DNA of 57,085 bases from an uncultured Lentimicrobiaceae bacterium (GTDB taxonomy: Bacteria; Bacteroidota; Bacteroidia; Bacteroidales; F082), in contig CAYYRE010000002.1 of NCBI GenBank assembly GCA_964473895.1, positions 1-57,085 on the forward strand. Direction: 5' to 3'. Within the stretch, counting starts at the first letter, position 1. Each line of letters starts with the position of its first letter. The notes below the pieces were generated by a model that had not been told where the DNA came from, ran no database searches, and saw only the letters and a list, made by a program, of their open reading frames with translations. Of the stretch, positions 8,849 to 20,310 are shown in pieces. Made by a program: the position numbers and the translations under genes.

Positions 8849-11413
8849 ATGGGCATAAACATATTTTTCGGCAGAATCCGGTTGGTTGGCTTCTTGTTCA
8901 TTATGCTGTGGCTGGCATCGTGTCAAAAAAAAACGGAGCCCGTCGTTTATCGTCCTCTTGTCACTGCCTGGAAATTCAAGAAGGTTTCCGGTACTTTGTG
9001 GCACCGTGCCCGTGTTCCGGGTACGGTACATACCGATTTGCTTTCCGACAGCCTGATTCCGGATCCTTTTTACGGTACCAACGAAAGCCGGTTGCAATGG
9101 ATCGGAAAAACAGATTGGGTTTATGAAACCCGTTTTGATGTTCCTTCGGATGTTTTCCGTAAAAAGCATGTTTTTCTGGTATTTAAAGGTTTGGATACTT
9201 ATGCAACGGTCAGGTTAAACGGTCATTTGCTTTTGCAGGCTGACAATATGTTCAGGAGCTGGAAGGTGAATGTCAAAAAATGGCTTTACGAAAAAGATAA
9301 CCGGCTGACGGTACTTTTCAGGTCGCCTATGGAAGTCAACGGGGAAAAGGTAAAACGTTTGCCCTATGTACTCCCCGCCGATAACGACCGCTCGGATGTT
9401 AAAGTGAGTGTTTTTACCCGTAAGGCGCCTTATCAGTTTGGCTGGGACTGGGGTCCGCGGTTTGTTACCTGTGGTATTTGGCGTCCTGTTTTCTGGGAAG
9501 CATGGAACGACATGGTACTCAACGATTTTCAGATTTACCAGCAAAAGGTAACCGATCGTGTCGCGCTGCTGAAAGCTGTGGCTTCGTTGCATGCCGATGG
9601 GCGGGGCAGGGCCGCACTCAGGCTTTATGTGAATGATTCGTTGCTTGCAGCGAAAGATGTTTTTCTTCGGAAAGGAAGCAACCGGAAAACATTTACTTTT
9701 CGTATTCCGCATCCCAAGTTGTGGTGGACCAATGGCATGGGTACACCTTATTTATATCGTTTTACATTGCAGCTGTTACAAAACGGAAAGCCGGTCGATC
9801 GTAAATCATTACAGTTTGGAATAAGAACCATTGAAATTGTACAACATCCCGACACGGCCGGACGCAGTTTTTATATCCGTCTGAACGGCGTGCCCGTTTT
9901 TATGAAAGGAGCCAATTACATCCCCCAGGATAATTTTCTTCCCCGCGTGTCGGAAGCAAAATACCGAAAGCTGATGGCTGATGCCGTGCGCATGCACATG
10001 AATATGTTGCGTGTGTGGGGCGGTGGTATTTATGAAAATGATGCCTTTTACGACCTTTGCGACAAAAACGGCATTTTGGTGTGGCAGGATTTTATGTTTT
10101 CCGACAGTTTTTATCCCGGAGACAGTGCCTTTTTAAATAATGTAAAACAAGAAGCGGTTGAAAATGTAAAACGGTTGCGAAATCATCCTTGTCTGGCTTT
10201 GTGGTGCGGAAACAATGAAATTCAGGTGGCCTGGGAACGTTGGGGATACCAGAAAAAATATCATTACAGTTATGCCGATTCTGTGAAAATTTACCATGAT
10301 TATCTGAAGCTTTTTCACCGGCTTTTGCCTGAAGTGGTGCGGCAATACGACAGCGGGCGGTTTTATTGGCCCTCTTCGCCCAATTCGGCACCTCGCGGTT
10401 GGAAGCAGGAAGCCCGTACCGGCGATATGCATTACTGGGGCGTGTGGTGGGGACGACAGCCGTTTTCGGCCTACGAAAACAATGTGGGGCGGTTTATGAG
10501 CGAATACGGTTTCCAGTCGTTGCCGGCGTATGCCACCATTGCAAAGTTTGCTCCCGACAGCGAACGGTACCTTGTTTCGCCCGTTTTGCAGGCACACAAT
10601 AAACATCCTTTTGGCTACCGGTTGATTCGCGAGTATATGCAAAGAGATTTCAAGGTGCCCCGGGATTTCAGGAAATACATTATAACCAGTCAGCTTTTGC
10701 AAGCCGAAGGGATGCAAACCGCCATTGAAGCCTATCGCAGGGCCATGCCCCGGTGTATGGGCTCTCTGTTTTGGCAATTGGATGATTGCTGGCCCGTGGC
10801 CTCCTGGTCGGCACGTGATTATTACGGCCGTTGGAAAGCGTTTGCCTATGCGCTGAAAAAACTGTATGCTCCCGTTTTGGTGTCTCCTGTTTATCAAAAA
10901 GGTATGCTGAAAATTTTCCTTGTTTCCGATGGAATGAAACAAAAGAGGGGGCAGCTTAAGCTTTCGCTGATGGATTTTTATGGCCATTCGAAATGGGAAA
11001 AAACGGAAACGGTAAACCTGCCGGCTCATAACAGCCGGATGGTTTTTTCGGCCCCTTTCGGGGAAAAGCTGATGCGTTGGGGAAAAAACAACGTGTTTTT
11101 ACATGTTTCCCTGTTTGCGGACGACAGTTTGCTGTCTGAAAATATTCTTTGTTTTGTTCCTCCCAAAGATTTAAAAGTGCCCCGGCCAACCATCCGTTGC
11201 CAAACCGAAACAGAAAACGGTCAATTTGAGATGGTGTTGTCATCCCCCGTATTTGTAAAATATGTGGTGATTGATTATCCGGCAGATACCGGCGTGTTTT
11301 CCGACAATTATTTTCCCCTCCTGCCGGGACAACCTAAAGTGGTCCGTGTGAAATTAGAAAATGCAGAAAAGATTTACCAAAAAGGAGAGATAAAAATAGA
11401 AGGGTTTTATTGA
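8849..11413 (+). CDS. GH2 beta-mannosidase, probable lipoprotein
   Basis: RKAPYQFGWDWGP, RVWGGG, WCGNNE (acid/base), RFMSEYGFQS (nucleophile), LFWQLDDCWP; lipobox LASC. Confidence 0.93.
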   Translation: MGINIFFGRIRLVGFLFIMLWLASCQKKTEPVVYRPLVTAWKFKKVSGTLWHRARVPGTVHTDLLSDSLIPDPFYGTNESRLQWIGKTDWVYETRFDVPSDVFRKKHVFLVFKGLDTYATVRLNGHLLLQADNMFRSWKVNVKKWLYEKDNRLTVLFRSPMEVNGEKVKRLPYVLPADNDRSDVKVSVFTRKAPYQFGWDWGPRFVTCGIWRPVFWEAWNDMVLNDFQIYQQKVTDRVALLKAVASLHADGRGRAALRLYVNDSLLAAKDVFLRKGSNRKTFTFRIPHPKLWWTNGMGTPYLYRFTLQLLQNGKPVDRKSLQFGIRTIEIVQHPDTAGRSFYIRLNGVPVFMKGANYIPQDNFLPRVSEAKYRKLMADAVRMHMNMLRVWGGGIYENDAFYDLCDKNGILVWQDFMFSDSFYPGDSAFLNNVKQEAVENVKRLRNHPCLALWCGNNEIQVAWERWGYQKKYHYSYADSVKIYHDYLKLFHRLLPEVVRQYDSGRFYWPSSPNSAPRGWKQEARTGDMHYWGVWWGRQPFSAYENNVGRFMSEYGFQSLPAYATIAKFAPDSERYLVSPVLQAHNKHPFGYRLIREYMQRDFKVPRDFRKYIITSQLLQAEGMQTAIEAYRRAMPRCMGSLFWQLDDCWPVASWSARDYYGRWKAFAYALKKLYAPVLVSPVYQKGMLKIFLVSDGMKQKRGQLKLSLMDFYGHSKWEKTETVNLPAHNSRMVFSAPFGEKLMRWGKNNVFLHVSLFADDSLLSENILCFVPPKDLKVPRPTIRCQTETENGQFEMVLSSPVFVKYVVIDYPADTGVFSDNYFPLLPGQPKVVRVKLENAEKIYQKGEIKIEGFY

Positions 11414-11515
11414 TGGGGGAGGGAAAGATGGCAAAAAACAACACAACAGATTACCGTTTGTGAAGTTCGAAAATCCTTTTCTGATATTGAATAAATTTTC
11501 CCGACTTTTGCAGCA

Positions 11516-12658
11516 ATGCAACAAAGGGTCATGCAGCGCAACGGGATGATGAATAATGAAAAACTGTTTTCCTTTCTGGCAAAAAACGTGATTTTTTTGC
11601 CCTTTTTAGTGTTGTTGCTGTTGTTTATGGTGATTGAACCCGGAAAAATTGCCGGGTATCCCCGTTTTGTAGATTGGCATACGGTGCTGAACCTGACCGG
11701 TATGCTGTTGATTGTTACTGCCGTAAAAGAGAGCCGTTATATCGGTCGGATATCAAGACGTCTGTTGATAAAAACCAAAACAGAACGCGGACTGGCTTTT
11801 GCATTGGTGACGCTTTCGGCGGTCCTTTCCATGTTTCTGACCAATGATATCGCTTTGTTTATTACCATTCCGTTAACCCTTGGTTTCCGTCATTTGATAA
11901 AAAACGATGTAAAAAAGCTGATCATTTTCCAGGCTTTGGCGGTAAACGTAGGGTCGGCTCTTACGCCGGTGGGTAATCCGCAAAACCTGTTTTTATGGCA
12001 TCAGTGGGGACTCTCTTTTTTGGGATTTACCGGTAAAATGTTTCCCCTGTTTGCTTTTATGGCTTTGGTTTTGTTCATTTTTGTGGCCGGTTCGTTTTCC
12101 CATAAAGCCCTTGTTTTTCAGGAAAAACCGGCTGATAAAGCCATCCGCCCGCGGCTGTTTTTCCTGTCGTTGTTACTGCTCACCGGTTTTATTTTTTCCA
12201 TGGAAATGGATGTGGCGCCGTATGTTTTGGTAGCGGTCGCCTTGATATATCTTGTTTTTTATCCCAAAATATTTCTGAAAACCGATGGGATGCTGTTGCT
12301 GCTGTTTGTGGTCATGTTCATCGATTTTCATTTGCTCAGTCAGGTTCCGTTCATGACTTCGTTAACTTCTTTATTTCATTTGTCCGCTGCGGCGGGAAGT
12401 TTCACCGGTTCGGTTTTCTTTTCGCAATGGATGAGCAATGTCCCGGCAGCTATTTTTGTTTCCAAATTCAGTCATCACTGGTTGGCGGTTGCCTATGGGG
12501 TGAACGTCGGGGGCAATGGGTTGGTTATGGCATCGCTGGCCAATATCATTGCTTTGCGTTTTGCACGCGATCGCAGGATTTGGATTGATTTTCACAAATA
12601 TTCAGTTCCCTATCTCGTGGTAACGGCGGGTCTTATCCTGTTGTTTATTCGCTGGTGA
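11516..12658 (+). CDS. SLC13/ArsB-NhaD/CitMHS-type anion permease (YbiR-like)
   Basis: Multi-TM protein; FLTNDIALF, NVGSALTPVGNPQNL, SNVPA, NVGGNG..SLANII. True start uncertain (several Met). Confidence 0.82.
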   Translation: MQQRVMQRNGMMNNEKLFSFLAKNVIFLPFLVLLLLFMVIEPGKIAGYPRFVDWHTVLNLTGMLLIVTAVKESRYIGRISRRLLIKTKTERGLAFALVTLSAVLSMFLTNDIALFITIPLTLGFRHLIKNDVKKLIIFQALAVNVGSALTPVGNPQNLFLWHQWGLSFLGFTGKMFPLFAFMALVLFIFVAGSFSHKALVFQEKPADKAIRPRLFFLSLLLLTGFIFSMEMDVAPYVLVAVALIYLVFYPKIFLKTDGMLLLLFVVMFIDFHLLSQVPFMTSLTSLFHLSAAAGSFTGSVFFSQWMSNVPAAIFVSKFSHHWLAVAYGVNVGGNGLVMASLANIIALRFARDRRIWIDFHKYSVPYLVVTAGLILLFIRW

Positions 12659-12666
12659 ATTCAGGT

Positions 12667-12706
12667 AAAAAGAAAGCGGATTTCTTTTGTGAAGAAATTC
12701 GCTTTC
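12667..12706 (-). terminator. Terminator of the nqr operon (possibly bidirectional)
   Basis: 15-bp stem GAAAGCGGATTTCTT/AAGAAATTCGCTTTC between convergent genes, U-run on the minus strand. Confidence 0.75.
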
Positions 12707-12726
12707 AAAAGTTATTTTTGGGGGAT

Positions 12727-13986
12727 TTAACTCCCGAAATCGTCGAACATAATCATTTCTTCGGGTACGCCGAGGTCATCCAGCATTTTCAGTACGGCAC
12801 TGATCATCATGGGGGGGCCGCAGAGGTAATATTCTATTTCTTCCGGTTCGGGATGGTTTTTCAGGTAGTTATCGTAAATAACCTGATGGATAAATCCTGT
12901 TTTTCCTTTCCAATTGTCTTCGGGCAGCGGTTCGGAGAGTGCCACCTCGAAACGGAAGTTGGGATTTTCTTTTTCGATGGCCCGGAACTGGTCCACATAA
13001 AAAAGTTCTTTCAGCGAACGTCCGCCATACCAAAAGGTGGTTTTGCGTTTGGTGTGCTCGGTTTTAAAAAGGTGAAAGATGTGCGAGCGCATGGGGGCCA
13101 TGCCGGCACCTCCGCCGATAAACATCATTTCGCGGTCGGTATCTTTGATAAAAAATTCTCCGTAAGGGCCTGAAATGGTCACTTTATCACCCGGTTTCCG
13201 TGAAAAGATGTAGGAAGAACATATCCCGGGATTGACTTTCATAAAAGCATTTTTCTTTCTGTCCCATGGCGGTGTGGCAATGCGGACGTTCAGCATAATG
13301 ATGTTGCCTTCGGCCGGATGGTTGGCCATGGAGTAGGCCCTGAATATGGGTTCTGGGTTTTTCATTTTCAGGTCCCACATGTGGAATTTGTCCCAGTCGC
13401 TGCGGTATTCCTCTTCAATATCCATGTCTTTGAAATCCACTTCGATTTTGGGGACATCAATTTGGATGTAACCGCCCGAGCGGAAGTTCATATGTTCGCC
13501 TTCGGGAAGTTTTACCACGAACTCTTTGATAAAGGTGGCCACATTATGGTTCGAAACCACTTCGCACTCCCATTTTTTGATGCCGAAGATTTCGGGTGGG
13601 ACCACGATCTCCATATCCTCCCTGACTTTCACCTGACATCCCAGCCGCCAATTTTGCAGTTGTTCTTTTCGTGTAAAGAATCCTTTTTCGGTAGGCAGGA
13701 TGGATCCGGCGCCTGATTTCACCTGCACTTTGCACATGCCGCAGGTGCCACCGCCACCGCAGGCCGAGGGTAAAAAGATTTTTTCGTTGGCCAGCGTAGC
13801 CAGCAGCGAGGAACCCGGATCGGTTTCTACCTCTTTTTCATCGTTAATTTTAATTTTTACTTTACCCTGGGGCATGAGTTTGGCCCGGGCATATATAAGG
13901 ATGCCTACCAACAAAAGGGTGATAACCAAAAAGATGGCTATACTCAATAGTACAATGGTGCTGGTTCCGATAGCTAATATCATCAT
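12727..13986 (-). CDS. nqrF: Na+-translocating NADH:quinone reductase subunit F
   Basis: 2Fe-2S motif [36 protein letters not shown]. Confidence 0.97.
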   Translation of the reverse strand: MMILAIGTSTIVLLSIAIFLVITLLLVGILIYARAKLMPQGKVKIKINDEKEVETDPGSSLLATLANEKIFLPSACGGGGTCGMCKVQVKSGAGSILPTEKGFFTRKEQLQNWRLGCQVKVREDMEIVVPPEIFGIKKWECEVVSNHNVATFIKEFVVKLPEGEHMNFRSGGYIQIDVPKIEVDFKDMDIEEEYRSDWDKFHMWDLKMKNPEPIFRAYSMANHPAEGNIIMLNVRIATPPWDRKKNAFMKVNPGICSSYIFSRKPGDKVTISGPYGEFFIKDTDREMMFIGGGAGMAPMRSHIFHLFKTEHTKRKTTFWYGGRSLKELFYVDQFRAIEKENPNFRFEVALSEPLPEDNWKGKTGFIHQVIYDNYLKNHPEPEEIEYYLCGPPMMISAVLKMLDDLGVPEEMIMFDDFGS

Positions 13987-14002
13987 TTCGTTAATTGTTG
14001 TT

Positions 14003-14620
14003 TTATAATTTGATACCGAGGAAGCTCATAAAAGCGATACCCATCAGTCCTGTTAAAATAAAGGTGATGCCGATACCCCGCAGTGCCGGCGGAACGTTGG
14101 AATAGCGGATTTTTTCGCGGATGGCGGCAATGGCTACAATGGCCAGAAACCAGCCAACACCTGAACCCAGGCCGAAAGCGGTAGCTTGTCCGAGACTTTG
14201 GTAGTCGCGTTCCTGCATAAAAAGCGACCCTCCCAAAATAGCACAGTTTACAGCAATCAACGGAAGGAAAATACCGAGTGAATTGTAAAGCGATGGGGAG
14301 AATTTTTCCACTACCATTTCCACCAGCTGTACCATGGCGGCAATAATGGCAATAAAGATGATAAAGCTCAGGAAGCTTAAATCGACTTTGGCAAATGCCG
14401 GATCGAGCCATGCAAGGGCGCCAGGTTTCAGGATGAATTCATTGAGCAGGTAGTTTACCGGAACGGTAATGCCCAAAACAAAGATAACGGCGGCTCCCAA
14501 TCCCACCGAAGTGTTCACCGTTTTCGACACGGCAAGGTACGAACACATACCGAGGAAATAGGCAAACACCATGTTGTCGACAAAGATCGACTTGATAAAT
14601 ATGTTAATAATTTCGTGCAT
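14003..14620 (-). CDS. nqrE: Na+-NQR subunit E
   Basis: [24 protein letters not shown]; operon position. Confidence 0.97.
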   Translation of the reverse strand: MHEIINIFIKSIFVDNMVFAYFLGMCSYLAVSKTVNTSVGLGAAVIFVLGITVPVNYLLNEFILKPGALAWLDPAFAKVDLSFLSFIIFIAIIAAMVQLVEMVVEKFSPSLYNSLGIFLPLIAVNCAILGGSLFMQERDYQSLGQATAFGLGSGVGWFLAIVAIAAIREKIRYSNVPPALRGIGITFILTGLMGIAFMSFLGIKL

Positions 14621-14644
14621 AGTCTTTTTCTTTATCGGTTGGTT

Positions 14645-15301
14645 TTATTTTTTTTCGATTAACGAGCGGTTATAATAACGTTGTACCCAGATAATGACGC
14701 CTACCGTAATCAGGGCCATGGGGGGCAGGATCATCATGCCGTTGTTTACATAGCCTGCCTGATAGAAACTTTGGGGAACCACCTGGATATCAAACAGTGT
14801 ACCCGATCCGAAAAGTTCCCTGAAGAAAGCCACGGTAATCAGGATGAGCCCGTAACCCAAACCGTTCCCGATACCATCCAGAAAGGCGGGCCAGGGTTTG
14901 TTGGCCATGGCAAAAGCTTCGAGGCGTCCCATAATGATACAGTTGGTAATGATGAGCCCCACAAAAACCGAAAGTTGTTTACTCACATCAAAAAGAAAAG
15001 CTTTCAGCAGTTGGTCCACCAGAATGACAAGTGTGGCGACAATCACCAATTGGACAATGATGCGGATGCGCGGCGGAATACCGTTGCGCAAAAACGAAAC
15101 CACAAGGTTCGAAAATCCGGTTACGGCCATGACGGCGAGCGTCATAACAATGGCCGGTTTTAGTTTGGCCGTGACGGCAAGTGCCGAGCAAATCCCCAAA
15201 ACCTGAACGGTAATGGGGTTATTCAGGTTCAGCGGGCCTGTCAGTAATTTTAAATTTTTGGGAGAAAACATGGGCTCCCGTTCTTTCGTATCCGTACGCA
15301 T
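14645..15301 (-). CDS. nqrD: Na+-NQR subunit D
   Basis: [23 protein letters not shown]. Confidence 0.97.
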   Translation of the reverse strand: MRTDTKEREPMFSPKNLKLLTGPLNLNNPITVQVLGICSALAVTAKLKPAIVMTLAVMAVTGFSNLVVSFLRNGIPPRIRIIVQLVIVATLVILVDQLLKAFLFDVSKQLSVFVGLIITNCIIMGRLEAFAMANKPWPAFLDGIGNGLGYGLILITVAFFRELFGSGTLFDIQVVPQSFYQAGYVNNGMMILPPMALITVGVIIWVQRYYNRSLIEKK

Positions 15302-15319
15302 GGTATCTGTTCTATTTGA

Positions 15320-16060
15320 TTAATGTCTGTGTTTTTTGATATAAGGCAAATAGGCTTTCAGGGTTTCACGAATCATGGCGTCCACCCCTTTACTGGTCAG
15401 TGTGCCGCCCGAAATGGCATCCACGCCGTGGATTCTTTGGGCAGGCGGTAGTTTTTTCACGCCACCTTTGACCACTTCGATGGAGGTAAAACGGCCGTTG
15501 TTATCGAAAATGGTTTTACCGATAAACTCATTTTGAAATTTCGGTTTGGCAATTTCGGCTCCCAGGCCGGGGGTTTCGCTTTTATGATCAAAAAAGGAAC
15601 CCACCACCGTTTTAAAATCGGAGGCAATGGCAAGGTTTCCCCAGATGGGGCCCCATAGTCCGGTGCCCAGCATGGGAATGATGTAAATTTTTTGCCCGTT
15701 TTTTTCGGCAATATACAAAGGGAGCTGATAGGGTTTGTTATGCTCGCGGTTGTAATTTTGTTTTTTCAGGTCGATTTGAAAAGCGGGGGCATCCTCTTTA
15801 GGCGATTGGTTATAGGAATTGATCACATTGCCTTTCGGATCAATCACCAGTTCTTCGGTGATGTATTGATTGAAAAGGGGAATGGCATTTTCGGCCGTAA
15901 CATTTTCAATGCGTGCCGAGGATAAAATCCCGCGCATTTTATCGATGGCCCTGTTTCGTTCCTGAAACGGCTTCAGCAGCATGGCTGCCAGCGAAAGCAG
16001 GGCGGCAGCCACAATGACCAAAACGGCTGCATAAGTGAAGATATATCGGTTTGAATACAT
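15320..16060 (-). CDS. nqrC: Na+-NQR subunit C
   Basis: GLWGPIWG, ETPGLG, FMN attachment VDAISGGT. Confidence 0.96.
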   Translation of the reverse strand: MYSNRYIFTYAAVLVIVAAALLSLAAMLLKPFQERNRAIDKMRGILSSARIENVTAENAIPLFNQYITEELVIDPKGNVINSYNQSPKEDAPAFQIDLKKQNYNREHNKPYQLPLYIAEKNGQKIYIIPMLGTGLWGPIWGNLAIASDFKTVVGSFFDHKSETPGLGAEIAKPKFQNEFIGKTIFDNNGRFTSIEVVKGGVKKLPPAQRIHGVDAISGGTLTSKGVDAMIRETLKAYLPYIKKHRH

Positions 16061-16074
16061 AATTACCTGTTTTT

Positions 16075-17223
16075 CTATTCTGTGAGAACTACTTGAGCCC
16101 GTTTCAACCGTTTTTTAATGTTCGACTGAACCACAATATGGTCGATCAGCGGGGCAAAAACATTCATAAGCAATATGGCCAGCATCATGCCTTCGGGGTA
16201 AGCCGGATTAAATACCCGGATGAGAATGGCCAGCATGCCGATCAAAAAACCGTAATAATACTTTCCGGTGTTGGTTTGTGCCGAGGTTACCGGATCGGTC
16301 GCCATAAATACGGCACCGAAAGCAAAGCCTCCCATAATCAGGTGCTCCCAGGGTGGTATTTCCATGTAGGCATTGGCGCCCCACAGGTTGAACAAAAGGC
16401 CCATGATATAGCCGCCGGCAAAAACCGACAACATAACGCGCCAACTGGCCACGCCGGTAATCAGCAGGAACAAGCCGCCGATAAGAATAAGGAAAGTGGA
16501 TGTTTCGCCGATGGATCCCGGGATGAACCCGAAAAACATATCATGCGCCGAGGGGAAATGTTGAAAATTGCCAACCAAAGCATGCCCTAGGGGGGTTGCC
16601 CCGGAGAAACTGTCCAATTTGTCGGCAATCCAAACTTTTTCGCCCGACATATTTCCGGGGTAGGCAAAGAAAAGAAAAGCCCGTGCCGTGAGTGCCGGAT
16701 TGAAAACATTCATGCCGGTACCGCCGAAAACCTCTTTCCCGAAAATAACGGCAAAAGCTACGGCGATGGCCAGTTCCCACAAAGGAATGTCCGGCGGGAC
16801 AATTAACGGAATCAAAATACCAGTTACGAGATAACCTTCGTTGATTTCGTGGTGCCGGATCTGGGCAAACAGAAATTCAATGCCCAGTCCCACGGCATAC
16901 GAAACAACAATGATGGGGAGCACTTTGCCCAACCCGTATAAAAAGTTGGTCCATACATCCATTTGTTTACCGTACGACAGGTAATGTTCGTACCCCACAT
17001 TCCACATCCCGAAAAGGAGTGCCGGAACAACTCCTAAAATAACAAAGATCATGGTGCGTTTCATGTCGATGGCATCGCGAATGTGGGCACCGCTTTCGGT
17101 TACTTTGTTGGGGACGAAGAGAAAGGTTTCAAATCCCTCGAAAGTGGATTGTAACTTTTCAAATTTCCCTCCCGGTTGAAAATGCGGCTTTTGCTTATCT
17201 AAAAATTTTCTGAGCGCTTTCAT
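16075..17223 (-). CDS. nqrB: Na+-NQR subunit B
   Basis: KEVFGGTGMN, FMN attachment SGATPL, FMATDPV, YPEGMMLAIL. Confidence 0.97.
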   Translation of the reverse strand: MKALRKFLDKQKPHFQPGGKFEKLQSTFEGFETFLFVPNKVTESGAHIRDAIDMKRTMIFVILGVVPALLFGMWNVGYEHYLSYGKQMDVWTNFLYGLGKVLPIIVVSYAVGLGIEFLFAQIRHHEINEGYLVTGILIPLIVPPDIPLWELAIAVAFAVIFGKEVFGGTGMNVFNPALTARAFLFFAYPGNMSGEKVWIADKLDSFSGATPLGHALVGNFQHFPSAHDMFFGFIPGSIGETSTFLILIGGLFLLITGVASWRVMLSVFAGGYIMGLLFNLWGANAYMEIPPWEHLIMGGFAFGAVFMATDPVTSAQTNTGKYYYGFLIGMLAILIRVFNPAYPEGMMLAILLMNVFAPLIDHIVVQSNIKKRLKRAQVVLTE

Positions 17224-17248
17224 GCAAATATTTTCATTTTCTGAATTA

Positions 17249-18598
17249 TTAACTCATTTCCTTGCGTATCAGTTCCAGTCCGTTACGTACAATTTTCTGG
17301 ATTTCCGTTTTGGAAGTATCAATCACTTCGCACAGGGCAAAATCCTCCGCATCGATTTCGTAAATACCCAGGTTTTCCATCAGGTCGATGTCTTCGATCA
17401 AAATGGCTTTAATCAGTTGCAGCGGATAAATATCGAACGGAAAAACTTTTTCGAACATTCCGGTCATCACGTAAGCCCGTTCGCCGCCGTGGAGGTTGGT
17501 ATCGAGTCTGTATTTTTTGTTGGGAAACAAAAAAGCGGGGAAAGTACGTGAGATGCTGAATTTGTTAAAGCCCGGCAAAGCCCAGCCGAAAAATTCGTAA
17601 TAGTGTCCTTCGGGGATGACCGTTACCTGCGAATGATAAAAACCTATGAATCCGTTTTTATCGATTTTATCTCCGGTAAGGACATTGCCGCTGATGTAAC
17701 GCAACTCTCCGGGTTCCACATTTCCTTTTACCATGTTGGTAATTGATGCCCCCAGCCGGGTTTTATAGTAGTGTCTTTTTTTCACCTCCGAACCGGTGAG
17801 GGCTATGAGCCGTGAAGTGTCATGTTTTCCGGTAAGAAAAAGTTTTCCAATGGCGATGATGTCCTGTGGGTAAATATACCAAATGACTTCTCCTTTGTTG
17901 ATGGGGGAAAGCCTGCTGACGTGAACACTGACATTTCCGGAAGGATGCGGGCCTCTAAAACGGTTGATTTCTACGTTTTTGGCGTTTAAAAACACTTTTG
18001 ATCGGGTGTTTTCGGCATGGACGTTCAGGAAAACTTTTCCGGGTGTCAGGCGGGCCAGTACATCCAAACCGGCCTGGAATTCATTGCCTTTTCCGTGGAC
18101 CATAAGGTCATAGTCGGGCGCCAAGGGGGCCGAGTCGAAAGCCGGAACAAAAATGGCTTTGGGTTCGTCTTCCGGATGGGCCACCACCGAATAGGGCCGT
18201 TGCCGGATGAAAGCCCATAAACCACTTTTCAGCAATTTGGCAATGATTTCTTCTCTTCCGGTCGTGGCCGGATCCGAAATCCCAAAATCAAGCGAAGTGT
18301 TTTTTCCATCCGGTTCAATAATTACCTCGAGGAGTTTTCTTTTGGCACCTCTCCGAATGGATGAAACCTTTCCGCTTACCGGAGCGGTAAATAAAATATC
18401 TTCGCGATATTTGTCAAAAAACAGAGGGCTGCCGGCTTTCACCTCATCGCCCTCTTTTACCAGCATCTTTGGAAAACAGCCGATAAAATCGGTAGGTTTT
18501 ATGGCAAACAGGTCCGGTTGAAGGTCTGCAACAATCTTCTCAGCTTCACCTAACAAATTGATGTCGAGACCTTTTTTAATGGTAAAATCTGTTGACAT
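17249..18598 (-). CDS. nqrA: Na+-NQR subunit A
   Basis: IKKGLDINL, GPHPSGNV, ISGNVLTG, HGGERA, EDFALCE. Confidence 0.97.
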   Translation of the reverse strand: MSTDFTIKKGLDINLLGEAEKIVADLQPDLFAIKPTDFIGCFPKMLVKEGDEVKAGSPLFFDKYREDILFTAPVSGKVSSIRRGAKRKLLEVIIEPDGKNTSLDFGISDPATTGREEIIAKLLKSGLWAFIRQRPYSVVAHPEDEPKAIFVPAFDSAPLAPDYDLMVHGKGNEFQAGLDVLARLTPGKVFLNVHAENTRSKVFLNAKNVEINRFRGPHPSGNVSVHVSRLSPINKGEVIWYIYPQDIIAIGKLFLTGKHDTSRLIALTGSEVKKRHYYKTRLGASITNMVKGNVEPGELRYISGNVLTGDKIDKNGFIGFYHSQVTVIPEGHYYEFFGWALPGFNKFSISRTFPAFLFPNKKYRLDTNLHGGERAYVMTGMFEKVFPFDIYPLQLIKAILIEDIDLMENLGIYEIDAEDFALCEVIDTSKTEIQKIVRNGLELIRKEMS

Positions 18599-18938
18599 AT
18601 ATAAATGGATTCATGTTATTTTCGGGGCGCAAGTTAAATAATTAACAAGAAATTTGTAGGGATAAAAATAAAAAAATTTGTTACATCGCTGAATTTTTCT
18701 CTTGTACTTTTTTTAACTTGCTCATTGGTTGCGGTTTTGTTATTAGAAATGATCAAATGTGGGGCAATGTTCCGGGGGGTTTTACCTTTTCCGGAAAGAA
18801 TTTTCAAAATATCTTCCCCGACTTGTTTTTTTAGGATAGAGGAGCGGTTGCAACAGCTGATTTGTTTGCCTGAGGTTTAACCCCAATGAAAAAATTTCAT
18901 GTACTTTTGTCTGAATTTCTATCTTTTATAATTATTGT

Positions 18939-20210
18939 ATGTTTCGTAGTGTTTCTTTTTGGTTATGGTTTTTTATGCTTGCTCCGTTTTTTCTCAATGC
19001 ACAGAATGTACTGGAGGACAGGGTTTTTGATGACAACATTGTAAATGTGCTGTTGTATGCCGGCGGTGATCAGCTCAAAGACCCTGTGGTGGAGCTGCAT
19101 TCGACGGAAAAACTGACCCTTTCGTTTGATGATTTGAGCAACCGGCAGGAAAACTACAAATACACGTTGATTCACTGTACTTCCGACTGGCGGCCATCCG
19201 ATTTGGATCCTTCGGATTATCTTTCCGGTTATTTCGAAGGGGATATTAATACGTACAAATTTTCTTTTAATACGCTCACTCCATACATTCATTACCGGCT
19301 TGTTTTTCCACAGGCGGAAATGCGGCCCATTCTTTCCGGAAATTATGTGATTAAAGTGTATCTTGATGATGGCGGGGATACCTCTGTTATTTTTACACGC
19401 CGATTTTTTGTGGTGGAGCCGTTGGTAAGTATTGCGGCCAAAGTGCCCTATTACCCAAAGGATCTGGCGAATTTTAAAATAAAACAACAAATAGACCTGG
19501 TTTGCCATACTCCCGATGTTTTTAGCGCGGAGCCGGAGCAGCGTTTTTCGGTAACCATCCGGCAAAACGACCGTTGGGATAACGCTTATTACAACTTGCA
19601 TCCCACCTCGGTAACCCCTGACCAGTTGCGTTTTGATTATGCCGATGGCATTGTTTTTAATTCGGGCAACGAACCCCGGTATTTCGATATGAAAGATTTT
19701 TGGTACCAGTCGGAGTATATCCGGCAAATCATTCAGCAGCAGAACGGTTACCGGGTGATTTTGCACACAGGTTACCCGCGTACCGGAAACCGATACGAAA
19801 CGTATAAAGACCATCATGGGAAAATGTTCATTGCGGCCCGCAGCGATCAAAACCCGCACACCGAAGGGGATTATGCCGAGGTCTATTTTTCGCTAAAAAT
19901 GCCCGAAATGAAAAACGGGGCGGTGTATATTCTGGGACAGCTTACCGATTACCGGTTGACTCCTGAAAACAAAATGTCGTACAACAAGACCCAACAGGCA
20001 TACGAAGGGCGGTTGTTTTTGAAACAGGGATATTACGAATACTGGTATGCTTTTTTGCCTGCCGGCAGTCAGACAGCCGATGTCACTCCCATTGAAGGAA
20101 GCTATTGGGAAACGCGCAATGTTTATACTATTTATGTATATTATCACAATGTCAACTTAGCATACGACCGGCTTGTGGGGATACAAAAAATCGATGCGCA
20201 TGCCCCGTGA
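18939..20210 (+). CDS. Type IX secretion system plug protein (DUF5103)
   Basis: Signal peptide; LSFDDL, YIHY, SGNY, QNDRWDNA, LKQGYY, EGSYWET.N.Y, YDRLVG; -7 box TACTTTTG at 18902-18909. Confidence 0.8.
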   Translation: MFRSVSFWLWFFMLAPFFLNAQNVLEDRVFDDNIVNVLLYAGGDQLKDPVVELHSTEKLTLSFDDLSNRQENYKYTLIHCTSDWRPSDLDPSDYLSGYFEGDINTYKFSFNTLTPYIHYRLVFPQAEMRPILSGNYVIKVYLDDGGDTSVIFTRRFFVVEPLVSIAAKVPYYPKDLANFKIKQQIDLVCHTPDVFSAEPEQRFSVTIRQNDRWDNAYYNLHPTSVTPDQLRFDYADGIVFNSGNEPRYFDMKDFWYQSEYIRQIIQQQNGYRVILHTGYPRTGNRYETYKDHHGKMFIAARSDQNPHTEGDYAEVYFSLKMPEMKNGAVYILGQLTDYRLTPENKMSYNKTQQAYEGRLFLKQGYYEYWYAFLPAGSQTADVTPIEGSYWETRNVYTIYVYYHNVNLAYDRLVGIQKIDAHAP

Positions 20211-20310
20211 TGTCCTGGTATTTTCTCTCCTTGTGTATCACAAATTACGGGGGAAGGTGTTGAATGGCATCAAAAAAATCCGTATCTATGCAGCGAAAGT
20301 TTAAGAACAT

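Noticed and set aside
8925-8933. A9 run near the 5' end of the GH2 gene as a phase-variation switch
   Set aside because: It encodes the Lys-rich stretch usual after a lipobox, and A8-A9 runs are frequent in this window
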